Assembly: GCA_012295275.1 (NCBI GenBank)
Contig: CM022667.1
Location: 12,338,001 to 12,402,000, forward strand
Length of the DNA: 64,000 nucleotides
Source of the DNA: Chrysomallon squamiferum
Taxonomy: Eukaryota > Animalia > Mollusca
Direction of reading: 5' to 3'
How positions within the stretch are numbered: position 1 is the first letter of the stretch; each line of letters starts with the position of its first letter. A program made the translations under genes and the position numbers. Below, in pieces: positions 1 to 13,922 of this stretch. The notes beneath the pieces are model-generated. The model was not told where the DNA came from and made no database searches. It saw nothing but the letters and a program-made list of their open reading frames with translations.

Positions 1-34
<34 letters not shown>

Positions 35-1250
35 AAGAGTAAAAGACAAAGGAGGCTGACAGACAGAGAGAGAGACACAAAGAATGAAAGAGAGAGAACC
101 TAAAGTGATAGTAGGAAGAAACAGATTATAAAAGAAATGAGGAAGAGAATGATGGGGGAAAAAAAACGAAAATCCTGCAAACGAACGTAAAAAAAACAAA
201 AAATAAACTGAAAGAAAAAAACAACAAAAAAAGATTGAAAAAGAAACAAAAACAAAAAAGAGATAAAAAATAAATAATAATGCAGAAAAAAAAAAAACAA
301 AAAAAAAAAAAAAACTACAGATATAAAAACATAGATAAACATATTTGTTTCTTATCTTCGCTTTGCACATCGACAAGTCTGCAAAAATTTGCACATTATT
401 TGCGTTGAGCGGAGAAAATTGTCACTTCGCTTCGTATTAAGATATCCCTGTGACAAACTCTCTGATACCGCGATACGTCTAGCAGACGTTTCTCAGGCCT
501 CCCCATCACGTTTTATCCCGGTATCGTAATTAATGCTGACAGTAAACTTTAAGAAAGTTTAACTCTTTCGTTCGCGTCATGTGGCTTACGGTTTAGAACG
601 ATTAAAAACCTCAATTCGGCTAGCGTTTGTTTCGTCACCTCCAGCTAGGGTTACTCTCGAAAAACACGAGCCGAAGAGTTGATTTCGCTTTAAGTGGGGG
701 AGAAAACCTCCGATCGCTTATTTAGCATTCCTGACTGACAGTCTTCAGCATGTAGCCGAATACCTCGACATATTTGTGCGTCATGTCGGCTTTTTTTTTT
801 TTTTTTTTTTTAAATTTTTTTTTTTTTTTTTTAATGTCTTAGATGCGAAGTTACGAAAAGGACCGTTCATGGGGCTATCTTCCTTTTTGCGAAAAATGAC
901 GTTTTTTTTTTTTTGAGAAAAAAAACGTACGTTTGTAGAAAAATTCCCGAGAAATGACATCGTGTCAAAGGTTGAAGGTTATGTTATTTCATATGTTGAA
1001 AGCTGCACGCTGAGCTCGGTGGCCATATTTAATTTCGTCTGACACATAATCTGTCACTCAAGTACTAACACGTGCTCCGTGAAAGTTGTCTCCGCCTGAT
1101 AACAGCGCCCCCTACTCAACTGTTTTAAAAATAGCGCGAATTAAATTGTTTCTATTTTTGTTATTCTTTATTTTTGTTTTTATTTTTATATTTAATTTTT
1201 TTTTTTTTTTTCCACAATTTTGTTTAGTAATGTTCTTTCTAATTTTGTTA

Positions 1251-1304
<54 letters not shown>

Positions 1305-2598
1305 TTATGATTATTATTATTATTTTAATTGTATATATTTTGTAGTACTATTATTATTTATTTATTTATTATATATTTTATCCTTTGATATGGTTGTGTT
1401 TCTTACTATTACTGTTCGTTTCCTAGCTTTAGCTTCTGTGTACTTATATATTTAGTACTAATTTATTCGTTCATTCATTATTTTCTTTTATATACGTTTA
1501 TATTGTTATATGTAGGTCTGTCGCACTTTTTAAAATTATTAATATTATTATCATCATCTACATCAGCGCAAGATTTATTTATTAAAATTATTATTTCTTT
1601 TATATATATTTGCTATCTATTTATCCATTTATTTGTATCTTAATTTTTATTTGTTCTTTTATTTTAGTTTAGTGTACTTTAAATTTTTCCATTTATTCCT
1701 AATTTATTATGTTATTGTGGCAATTATATTTATTACCACTGTACCTGATGTAGGTGTTGATGTTGGTGCAGTTGTTAGTGCTACTGATATTGTTGTTTTG
1801 TTGTTTTGTTGTTGTTACAAGTACTGTTCCTGTTGCTGTTTTTATTATTATTATTATTATTAACAACGAACTGAAAGAAAAGCAATACACGGGATAAATA
1901 AAGCACTGAAAATCTGTTACAAATATTAGAATGTTTGGTATGTGACTAACACCAGAGTTCAATAATAAATACTGGCAGACGTTGTTCGAGCCAATAAGAC
2001 CCAAACAAACAAACAAACGTGAAAAGACCGCTTAGATGACGTCACTAGCATTTCAAGTCTATATTTTATACACACGTTATACTTATACGTCTGTTTCTAT
2101 ACTCCCGGTATATATATCATTGTAAGTGACATTTTAATAGTAATCGTATTTTTAAAGAAATGCACAATTTTTATTAGTTTTGAAAATACATGCCCGTGGT
2201 AATCTTTTTGCATGCAGGACAATATGAGTGTGTCGTTGTGAATAAGAAGACCAACATAAACACACGTTATATATACATACATTTACATGCGATATCTTTT
2301 TTATATGTGGAAAATACAGTAAATATGTCTATGACTGGATGATATATCGTTTCATTAAAGCTGTGTACTTTCTGAGAGGGGTTACGTTTTTATAACATGT
2401 GTATGAGCCAACCGTAGTCAAATAAATAGTCAAATAAATAAATATTACTTAATATAGTCAGTATCTTACTGTAAACAACTGGATTTATTATTATCATTGA
2501 TATTATCATTATCATTATTGTCACCATCATCATCATTATCATTATCATTATCAACGATATCATTATTATTATTATTATTACTATTATTATTATTATTA

Positions 2599-2646
<48 letters not shown>

Positions 2647-4117
2647 GATCTTTGTGTTAAACGAATTCATTCAAAACTTTTCTTTCATATTTCGAATTTA
2701 TATTTTCTTATTTTACCTATCGCGTTATGCACAATAGCGGGCCAACAAAAATTAACCTTTCCACATTTATTTTTATTTTCTCTTTTTTATTTTTATTTTT
2801 ATTTTATATTTATTTTTATTTTTTCTTCGAGTCACTGGCACGTCAAGTGTCTTCCTATCAGTGTATGGTTTTGTGTTGTGGGTCTATTATCAAAAAAATC
2901 CTCTTCAAGAGCATTTTCTGTTAAACGGGCCATCACAAAAATAACCTAGGCAACCGAGACACGGTCTCGCCAATTCACTCCCTCCTTAGACAGTAGATGT
3001 GGCTTGATCACCTGCTTGTAAGCGACAACAGTGACAGAGACTATCAATTCGGAGCCAATAATAATCCACGGGATTAGTTTCTGCGGAGCTGTTCCCAGCG
3101 CTCTTTCGCGGCTGGAGGAGAGAAAACTCCGCGGTGTAAGCGACGTGATGGCGGGAAAGCTGAATATTAGTAAAAAAAAAAAAAAGTTGCAGATACAGTT
3201 TGGAGCGTGCGGGACTGATAGATCCTGAAACTGACGTGCGCAACACGTGCACGGGTTGCCGGCGTAGATAACAGTCAGGTCGGAAATGCGTGTCGTCTCA
3301 CTTGGATGTGTATAAAATGAGATAGCGTAGCGAAATTAAACGAAAACAGATTTGTATTTATTTACGTATTTAGTTACCTAGCTTGTTTTGTATTAGCAAT
3401 AATAATAATAATAATAATGAAATAATAATAATAATAATAATAATAAATGAATGTAACAAAGATAAGTAAATAAAATGTCAAATATATAATTAAATAACTT
3501 TTAATTATAGTTAATTAACTAATTATTTATTAAGAACAAAATAAATAAACAAGTAAAATGAGAAATCCAACAGCACAAATAATGTTCCTTAAAATTATTA
3601 CAAAATTAACTAACTATACACATAAATAAACGAAGATAAACTTTTTTTTAAATTAAAAATTAAACCCGTTAATAAAAATTTCAACAATTTCACCTTAATT
3701 TATTTTTCTGTCTCTTTAATCCAAACTGTGATCCTGTTGTTTTTTTTCGATTCAAAAATTGACACAGGCTTAACGTATTAACACTGATAACCTAATCCAG
3801 ATTCTAACGCCTCAATAAAAAAACATCATTCTTGCTAATAAATAATGATAATCGCCAGAGCTTCGGGCTATGCGGTCGTCGCGAATACCGCGCGAGACAA
3901 AGAACGGCAATGAACCGACGCGAAACGCCCCGGGGTGCCGCTGCAGTTGTTGTGGCAAAACGCGGCCGACGCATCAGCGACTGTTTTCAAACAAGTCAAC
4001 GTGTTTACTTTCGCCTGCTGGTTTCTCCTTTTATAAGTCTTTGTGAACTGTCAAGAAGTCAAATCGAATTTTAGCCGCCGACTTCTAATTTTTAGTTTAT
4101 TAAATTTTCTCGCTTTT

Positions 4118-4170
<53 letters not shown>

Positions 4171-4185
4171 TATTATTTTATTTTA

Positions 4186-4220
<35 letters not shown>

Positions 4221-4838
4221 CATTTTTTTTTTTTTTTTTTTAATTCTTTTTATCTATTATTTCGTTTTGTTCTGTGTAGAGGGTGTTTTTTTTATTGTTG
4301 TTTGTTTGTTGTTGTTGTTGATTTATTTTTTGTTGTTGCTTTTTATTTTGTTTGTTGTTGTTAAATATTTAATTTTCAGTTTAATGTTTTTATTTATTAT
4401 CTTTTATTAATACTAACTTTTTACTTTTTCCATTTTGTTTTCATTTTTTCTTCTTCTTCTTATTGTCATGATCTTTTATAATTGCTTACTATTTTTCATT
4501 TCTATTCTTTTATTCAAGATATTTCTAAGAAATATCTTTTAAATACATAGATTACAAGCTATCAATAATTTTGAAATTACATCACTAACATATTTATTTC
4601 ACTATTTATTTATCTATTTATTTATTCATTTATTTATTTATAAGATACACAGGTACGAAGAGATTTAAAAAAAAAAAATAATAATATAAAAAAAATAAAA
4701 AAAAAAAAATATTAAAATAATGGTTTACGAAAAAAAAAATGTATAAAAATTTAATCGAACACATATATATATATATATTTGTGAATTGAGATACGACAAC
4801 ACCAGCATGAGAATATATACTAGAGTATGCTTCCAAAA

Positions 4839-4843
<5 letters not shown>

Positions 4844-4917
<74 letters not shown>
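4844..4917. repeat. (GT)n microsatellite
   Basis: About 37 perfect units. Confidence 0.98.
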
Positions 4918-4918
<1 letters not shown>

Positions 4919-5559
4919 CGAACGAATTCAGATACAACACCAGTCATTGAGAATATATACCAGTGCATGCTTCCAAAACTCATGTCGCATCTCAAACCGT
5001 TCAGTCAGAAACGCGCGCTTTCAGGATGTTTCACCTTTTTATACGATTTTTTTTTGTTTTATTTTTTGTTTTTGCTTCGCATTTCCCTGTCCAACGCATC
5101 CTTAACATAACTCATGTCCGACACACGTAGCGAACAGGTGTGTCGGTGCAGTATGTACCTTTAATTAACTTCTTACCTGCACAAACACAGGTTAACACCT
5201 ACATATCCTGGTGTATGACATGTATAATATTTCAAGTTTAACCACGTGGCGCGGTGGCTGTGCGACTTGCATTAATAAATTAACGCGTTTAAATCTATGT
5301 ACGTTCTGTCTATGTATCTAACTAAAACAAAGAAAAAGTATTGTTTTTGTTTTTTTACTGTGTGCAGTGCGTTTTTTGTTTTTATGTTCACATATGTTGC
5401 CATGTGTATGTTGAACATACGTTGTGTGTGTGTGTGTGAGTGTGTGTGTGTATATATATACGTGTGTGCATCCGTATATATATATATATGTTCCTATGTT
5501 GTTGGGATTTATGTTGTTTTGTTGTTGTTGTTTGTTGGGACTTATGTTTTGTATGTATG

Positions 5560-5806
5560 TTGTTGTACATATTTAATTGTTTGTATGTATGTATGTAGTA
5601 AAGTACAAATTTATTTATGTTTGTATGTATGTATGTAGTAAAGTACATATTTAATATGTTTGTACGTATTTAGTAAAGTACATATTTACTTATGTTTGAA
5701 TGTATTTAGTAAAGTACATATTTACTTATGTTTGTACGTATTTAGTAAAGTACATATTTAATATGTTTGTATACATGTAGTAAAGTACATATTTACTTAT
5801 CTTTGT
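5560..5806. repeat. About 35-40 bp imperfect tandem repeat, about 6 copies
   Basis: Recurrent core TAGTAAAGTACATATTTA followed by (CT)TATGTTTGTA.GTAT. Confidence 0.9.
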
Positions 5807-6081
5807 AAGTGTGTATTTGTCTCTGCCTATATACAGTGTATTTGTTTGTATATAATATTTACACAGACTGTTAATAAAATGGAAAATGTGTAATTTGTCA
5901 ACATACAACAAATTAGTATCAAATCTTCAACATAAGCGAAATAAAATAAAATTAATTATTAATATTTTTATTATTTATTTTCTCAAATAATTTTAATACT
6001 GGTACGCTATGTGAGAAAGAATTTTAACTGCAAAAACAATGATTATGAAAAACGACTTTACTTTTAAAAATCATGATGTTA

Positions 6082-6128
<47 letters not shown>

Positions 6129-6584
6129 CACAATAAATAAATAATAATAAAAAGAAACAGTTGTTGTAGTGTTGTTGTGTGAAATGCGTTATCATTGTCT
6201 TGTTATATAAAAACATTTAAACTGTCCATCAAGAGTTTGAATTGTAGACCAGAGTCGTTTCCATCAATATGACCTTTTAAAACGAAATATTACGATAGAC
6301 GTAAATGTTTACGGCAGAAGATATTAGGCAGGTTTGTATACCGTCTATTTAATAATAAAGTACATTAATAGAAAAAACACACAAACTAGTCTTTTCTTGA
6401 CAAAACGTTCGGTTGGGTCACCACTTCAGATAAAGGTCAGAATGAGGGGCATTTTTTTTTTTTTTTTTTCTTCTCATATTACTTAAAAAAAAAAAAAAAA
6501 TTTAAATTATTATTATTTTATTTTTATTTTTTATTTATTTATTTAATTTTGTTTAAATTTTTTTTTTTTTTAAAATTTTATTTA

Positions 6585-6768
<184 letters not shown>

Positions 6769-7173
6769 TAGTTTTAATATTTTATGTCGACTACTAGTAT
6801 TTCATTTTCATATATACTTTTATTCTTTATTTTTCATCATTGTTATTAATAGAATTATATTAATAGAATTACAATTATTTTCAAAAGAACTTTCATGTGT
6901 ACATGCATTTGTCACTTGTACTACGTGTGAACAACCGTTATTCAACCATGATGCATTTGTAATCAAACACTTCATCTCACAATAGCTAACTATAAAAAGG
7001 AAACATCCTGGACGGACGGACGCACGGAATAACAGAATGTCATAGCGCCCCAATTCGACCATGTCCTGGTTCAGGTTAACAGTTTACTGCACTTAAAGTG
7101 TTAAACAGCTGTCGCAAATAAACAGAGTCGCATTACAAATTAGTGCATTGCAAAGTGTAATAGAAATGGCAAA

Positions 7174-7287
7174 TCGCATTTCACATTATCTGTGTTAAAA
7201 TGTAAGGTCGCATTTCACATTATCTGTGTTAAAATGTAAGGTCGCATTTCACATTATCTGTGTTAAAATGTAAGGTCGCATTTCACA
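7174..7287. repeat. 34 bp perfect tandem repeat, 3.3 copies (Irx intron 4)
   Basis: TCGCATTTCACATTATCTGTGTTAAAATGTAAGG at 7174, 7208 and 7242, partial copy at 7276. Confidence 0.97.
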
Positions 7288-7529
7288 AAAAAAAAAAAAA
7301 ATTAATTACGTATATTAAGCATGTTTGATTATTAAGTTTATTAAATGTATATTTTTTTTTTTTTTTTATCACGTAAGTATTTTATTTTAAATTCGTTTTC
7401 AAAGTAAAATCGCATTTGACGTTATGTTTGTTCACCAACTCGCATTTCTTAGTATATCTCTTGAAAGTATATTCATTTAATGTCTGTTGAAAGTAAAATC
7501 GCATTTCATTATCATCATCATCGACATCA

Positions 7530-7561
<32 letters not shown>

Positions 7562-8883
7562 GTTATTATTATTGTTATTATTATTATTATTATTAATCAA
7601 TCAATTAAAACAGTAAGCATTTATGGTGCAACAAAACACATTTCATCGTAAACGGGAGAAATACAAATAATAATTTTCATGTCAAATTACGTAAGAAACA
7701 GACAAACAAATTAACGGACCCGCTTGGGAAATAAACAAATAAAAAAAAAACCTTGTCAATTTCTGTTTACTTGAAGACGAACATTACGTAAACGCGACGC
7801 GAAACAACGCGAAAATTGACTTTTAAAAAGCGAAATGAAAAAAAATAAAAAAAATTGCGCCGAGCGAATTTACAATGTACGAAAACGGTCGCTGTGTCTG
7901 TTCGGCACTTCGTCTGTGGAGTCGATCGATTGATCAAACATCGCTTAATTTATCTGCGGCCGGCTTGCATTCCTCGGACTTCTAATACCGTTAACAATTT
8001 CTACACGAAACGCAATTCAATTAATAATAATTCCACATGCATTGCGTTGAGAGGTTATTGAAAAACATAAAAATTAATACAGATCAGTAGGGGATTAACA
8101 ATTAAGGCGAAATAATTCGAGTATTATCCGCGTTTCTAAAAACGTCAAGCCTTCTCCGCGGTGTTTGTTAATATTCAATATTTTCCCAACAATAATCAGT
8201 TTTTTTTTTTTTTTTTTTTTTTTTTTCTTCTTTTATACTTGACTGCCATTATGGTCTTTTCACATCCCAATAACGTTATGTTTGCCAAGCATTTGCCGAA
8301 AACAATGCGGCAATTTACAGGTACGCTGTGGCAAACCTGACCGAGACCGACTACGGAAAAGTGTTTGTATTATTATCAAACGAAAATCGATACGGTCCGA
8401 TTGCTTCGTGAAGTCATAAAGAAATTTTCCAGGTTGGTATACATAAATTTTAGTGGATGTTAATATTGTAGAAAAATGAAGTTTGTGTTATAAAAAAAAA
8501 AAAAAAAGAAAAGAAAAAAAAAAATGTATTATCATTATTTGTGATTTATGTATACGGTATTATGAGTAATTGAAAAAAAAAAAAAATGAATGGTGTAACG
8601 TTATCGTTCCGAGTGCAAGTGATGTTGTAGTACAGTAATTTACGAGTGTTATGAGGGCTCTCCATCCGTTTTCGTACGAGCAATAAAACAGATAACATCG
8701 TGTGTAATAAATACAACAAGTGTATTAAAAAAAAAATGTTGTTATTATAATTGGTATCATCACCATCATTATCATCATCGTCGTCGTCATCCTTATTTTT
8801 ATTATCATTATAGTCGTTGCTGTTGTTATTATATAAAACGAAACAGAGAGAGAAATAAAGAGAAGAAGAGGCTGAAATCGGAG

Positions 8884-8886
<3 letters not shown>

Positions 8887-8973
<87 letters not shown>
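8887..8973. repeat. (GA)n microsatellite
   Basis: Perfect dinucleotide run. Confidence 0.98.
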
Positions 8974-8974
<1 letters not shown>

Positions 8975-9632
8975 AAAGTACAAAACCTATCTAATAGTTA
9001 TACCAATTAAGAAACCCAATACATTAATAAGCAAACAAATAAACAAACAGTTAAACAAGAAAAGAGACCAATAAACAAAACGCTGTATAAGGCAGACGTT
9101 ATTTTAACAGTTATTTCAGATTACTATCTCTGTTTCCACGTAGAAATTATTAATACAGCTCATAAATAACGAGTTGTAGCGCGTATACAAGTGACATTAC
9201 AGCTGTAAATAAACATTAAGTCGAGATTTAATTACATTATAAGCTTTCTGGAATGTCAAGAGTTCACCATTTTGTTGCAGACATTTTCTGTATCTTTTCA
9301 TACTTTATACGTCTACATACATATATATATGTATGTGTGTGTATATATATATATATATACACACAAAAACGTACACCCAAACACTTATATTATATATAAA
9401 TTATTATTATGTATGTTTGTTATTGGTATTAATTTATTCTTACGCAGCAAGAACAAAATAATAACAAGCAAACAATAATAATAACAACAAAAACAATAAT
9501 AATAATAACAACAACAATAACAATATCAATAACAATTTAAATAACAATAACAATAACAATTTAAATAACAATAACAATAACGATATTAATAATAAATAAA
9601 TAAATAAATAAAAATTAAATTAATTCACTCAC

Positions 9633-10009
9633 CAGGAGACATAAGGCCGCGGTCAACACCGAGTCTGTCGATGTCGTCGGAGGCGCCGAGGTTCGACGAC
9701 GTGTCGTTGTGGTCGTCTTTGTCCGAGTCCCCGTCACCGTCTCCGTGTCCGTCGATGCTGTCGCTGCCGTCTTCCGATCGGTTCCTCGGCGACCACGTCA
9801 TCTTGTTCTCTTTCTTCAGACGACGTCTGGCGTTGGCGAACCACGTGGACACCTGCGTCAACGTCATTTTCGTGATGATCGCCAGCATTATTTTTTCGCC
9901 TTTCGTTGGGTAGGGATTTTTCCTGTGCTCGTACAGCCAAGCTTTCAACGTGTTTGTGTTTTCCCTCGTGGCATTCTTACGTCTCGCGTTCAAATCCAGG
10001 CCCCCGTAT
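9633..10009 (-). CDS. Irx: Iroquois homeobox gene, coding exon 4: TALE homeodomain plus acidic tract; gene continues beyond (3' exons not found in window)
   Basis: Encodes [69 protein letters not shown], a diagnostic Irx homeodomain (PYP insertion, WFANARRR). Acceptor ttttttacag|A, donor CCTG|GTGAGT (phase 1). A D/E-rich segment follows the homeodomain. Confidence 0.98.
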
Positions 10010-10175
10010 CTGTAAAAAAAACAATAATAACTCTCGTGATTATAGTTAATATATATCACTATAATATTGATGACGTCATTAACAATAACAGTAATGACGC
10101 AATAAGCACAAGGATAATTATTGTAATAAAAATAGTGATTGTGAAATATTAACGTTGGATAGGATTTTGTATGTA

Positions 10176-10211
<36 letters not shown>

Positions 10212-11365
10212 CGTTATTAATTGACCCTTTATTTATTTATTTTTATTTCTTTCTTTTCATTTTTCTTATTGTTTTTAAATTTTTCCTTTCTTTTTCTTTT
10301 TTTCTTTTATTTAATTTTATTTAGCATTTGTTGTTCGATTTGTATTCTTGTTTCTGTTTCGTTAATTCTGTTTATTATTATTATTATTATTATGAAGATA
10401 ATATTTCTTCTCATAGCTTAATTTATTTTATATTGTCTGTTATATTTACAATTTTATTATTTTTTTAATTTAAAAATCTTTAACAAAAAGACACATAATT
10501 ATATCTTTTCTCATAAACATTTTTATTTATTTTTATTTTGCTCTTTCCTATATTTATCAAAAGAAAAAACTGGTACTGCAACAAAATAGTAAAAGAAAAA
10601 AGAAAAAGGCAAAAAAAAAAAACAGAACAAAAAAAAAAAAACCCGATTGAAATCTCAGCCCCATTGAAAAGTCATCTGTCAAGCCCAAGACCCTAAGGAC
10701 ACTGGTCCTTTTTGAAAAAGGTAAATGTTTCTCTGGCAGAATCTCATAAATATTAATACCACGAGAGTGAAAAAGTTATCAGTTTATTGCCCGTTTCGAT
10801 GTTCCAGTGTTCAGACAACAATAAACTACCCATTTCTTTCACGTTTTTATTTAATTCATCTTGTAAACGCTTTGTCACATAATTTTCCGCGTGGAAAATG
10901 CGTTTGCGAATTTGGGAAATGTTGAGTGGGAAAATATGCGTGATGTGGGAAATGGTGACTGGGAAAAATGATTTGTATGTTAATTTTGAGAGGTGTTGAT
11001 AGAAAATATGGTATGAATTATTATTATTATTTATTTTATTTTTTTTTTTTTCATTGTGAGATATAGTGAAGTGTAAATAAATAACATTATTTAAAAGTAG
11101 AAAATATACGATTGTTTTGTAAATATTTAGCAAGAGTGTTTAAATTATTTTTAAGCTGGAAAATGTTTCTAAATGTTTAGTGCAAAAATATAAAATACTG
11201 AAAAGAGTGAATGAGAATAATGTAGAGAAATTTGAAATGTACAAATATAAACTATTTTACAAATATAAAACAAGAGTAAAATAAAAAATTAATTATTAAG
11301 AAATCTTAAGAAATAAAATACAGCAACAACAATAATAATAACAGCAGTAGTAGTAATTTCTAAGC

Positions 11366-11429
<64 letters not shown>

Positions 11430-12077
11430 CATCATCATCATCATCATTATTATTTAATTTTCATCTGCGCATTTATCATAATATAACATTTTCATTTTAT
11501 AACGACAAATAAATCCCATAAGCTTTCAAATTTCTATTCAACAAACTACCGTACAGTTTTTATTTAACTTTTTATATAACGAATCCTTCCATTAACGTAA
11601 TTACAATTACGTAAGAAAAAAAACACACACACACACACACCCGTTGTGGTAACGACACAATACTGTTTTCATTTGTACTGTATCAAACAGGGATGTTTCA
11701 TAAGACGAGAGACTTTTCGCAGTTGTGAAAACACACAACACGACGCTAACCTATCTGAACGACTAAAACCAGATTCGAACAGTCGAGAGAGGCAGGTGTC
11801 GTCAACAAAGGACACCCGCTAGTAAACCACTCATCTTGTTTTTCTTGAAACGCAATCTTTATTTTCCAGTTCGGTTTTAGCCCCATCGCAAAACGTCAAC
11901 ACGATATAAAGCGAGAAGAGACGAGCTCAATTGTTACGTAACCAACCCCGGTAGGTATAATTGACTTCGCAGCAACAGATACAGTTGTTACAGAACAAAA
12001 ACAGCAAATGCCCAGCACGTTAGAAAACAGATCCGTCGCTCGGTTAGTTATTGCGTATAAAACTAAACAAGTCTTAC

Positions 12078-12187
12078 CCGGCTCCGTACGGATAAACAGC
12101 CGCCATTGTTGGGTCGTATGGAAAACCGGACTGTGCCAGCGAACGCCAAGCTTCTGGGGCGTCTTTCAAATCGTATGGACCTCCTCC
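12078..12187 (-). CDS. Irx: Iroquois homeobox gene, coding exon 3 (GGGPYDLKDAPEAWRSLAQSGFPYDPTMAAVYPYGAG)
   Basis: Translated by hand. Acceptor tttttttcag|GGA, donor GG|GTAAGA, 110 nt, phase 0-2, exactly bridging exon 2 (phase 0) and exon 4 (phase 2). PYDLK and PYDPT..YPYG are typical Irx pre-homeodomain motifs. Confidence 0.93.
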
Positions 12188-12330
12188 CTGAAAAAAAATA
12201 CAAAACAAAAATAAAACAAAGTTATATAAAAATAAAAATTGTTTACTTTTATTTATCTGTTTATTATTATTAATAATAGAAGGAATAGTAGAAGTGGTAG
12301 TGTTAATAGTTACAGTATTGTTTTTTATTG

Positions 12331-12366
<36 letters not shown>

Positions 12367-13889
12367 GCAGGAATAGTAGAAGTGTTAGTATTAATAGTTA
12401 TAGTATTGTTTTTTATTATTATTATTATTATTGTTATTATTATTATTATTACTGATGGTGATAGTTATAAAAGTGATAACGATACTAACATGATCATTGC
12501 TGATGTTGTTTGAAGACGTAGGTTAATCTAATATTTATTTGTTATATATTTTAATAAAACCTTACTTTTACTTTTAAATATTTTATTTTATTTTATTCTT
12601 TAAAACTAAATAAACTTATTATGTAGTTTCTTATCATAATATTACACCAAATATTTATATTGAAATATTTATATTCATTCTTAAGTGAATCTGGTTATTC
12701 TGAAAAATAAATTCATATTTTATAAACAGTAATAAAATAAATTATGAATAAAACCTAATATTTGATTTAATACAATTTTCTGTTTCTAAATTTGCATTGA
12801 ATTAATATACGAATAAAAATGGTTACAATAATTAATTGTCTTCAGCTAAATTGACAATATTAATATTTTTTTATTTTATTTCTTTACTATGATGTTTATT
12901 TTTTTATTTTTACCTGCACTTCTTAATTTAACTAACGAAACAAAAACAAATACACTTTATTCTAAACTATTGAGAAAATTATACATAATCGCGAAATGAT
13001 ATAAATATTTTTGCCACTGAAATTGTAAATATATAAAGAAGAAGAAAAAGGAGATAAATAAACAAATAAAAATAATATTAACCTATTTTTTCCTCATATT
13101 ATCTCTAAAATCTAAACTAACACTTTGACTGAAATTTGTTTTGTATCACTGAAGTAACTACACAAAAGCCATTTGGGGGTTTTTTTTTTTTTTTTTACAA
13201 AGAAAGTTTTAGGCCTATTAAAACTTCCTTAATTTAATAATTCAAGTGAATTAATTCTGCTTACATTATTTTTTCATTATTATTACACCATCAACAAATT
13301 TTATTGTTTCAGTTTCATTTTAATATTAAAAAAGTAATTATTTTCATTAATAATATTAAAATGATCCTTTGTTTTATTTCATCATAACATCATAATAACC
13401 CATATATATTTTTTTTTAATTTTCATTATAACATTAAAATAACCCTTTATTTTATTTTCATTATTGCACTAAACTAATACATCATTTTATATTTATTAAC
13501 GATATTAAAATATACTACTGATTTATTTATATTACAGTTATAACCTATTTTCAAGCTAATTAATTCATTGTTTATGCTTTATTATGACTCCAAAATATTC
13601 CTTTGCCTTTTTATCATCGATTATTCAGTGTTAAAAACAGAAAATTATTAACAAGAAAAAAAATAACAACAATCATATTCGACGGCGTGTAGAAAATGAA
13701 AAAAAATAAAAGTGTCATATGTTTTTTATTGCTCACAAATGTGAATTATTAATACATCGACAACTGGCAGCAAAATCAGTTTCCAACTCGTGTTAAATAT
13801 ATCTTTATATAAACTAGTATTATACACAGTAATGCATATAATTCTAATTATTGTTCTTGATGTTGTTGTTATTGTTATTACAAGTTTAC

Positions 13890-13922
<33 letters not shown>

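Noticed and set aside
9671-10152. Plus-strand ORFs overlapping the homeobox exon (similar shadow ORFs at 12008-12214, 17555-17752, 57379-57768, 58575-59072, 63182-63434)
   Set aside because: Antisense shadows of real GC-rich exons.
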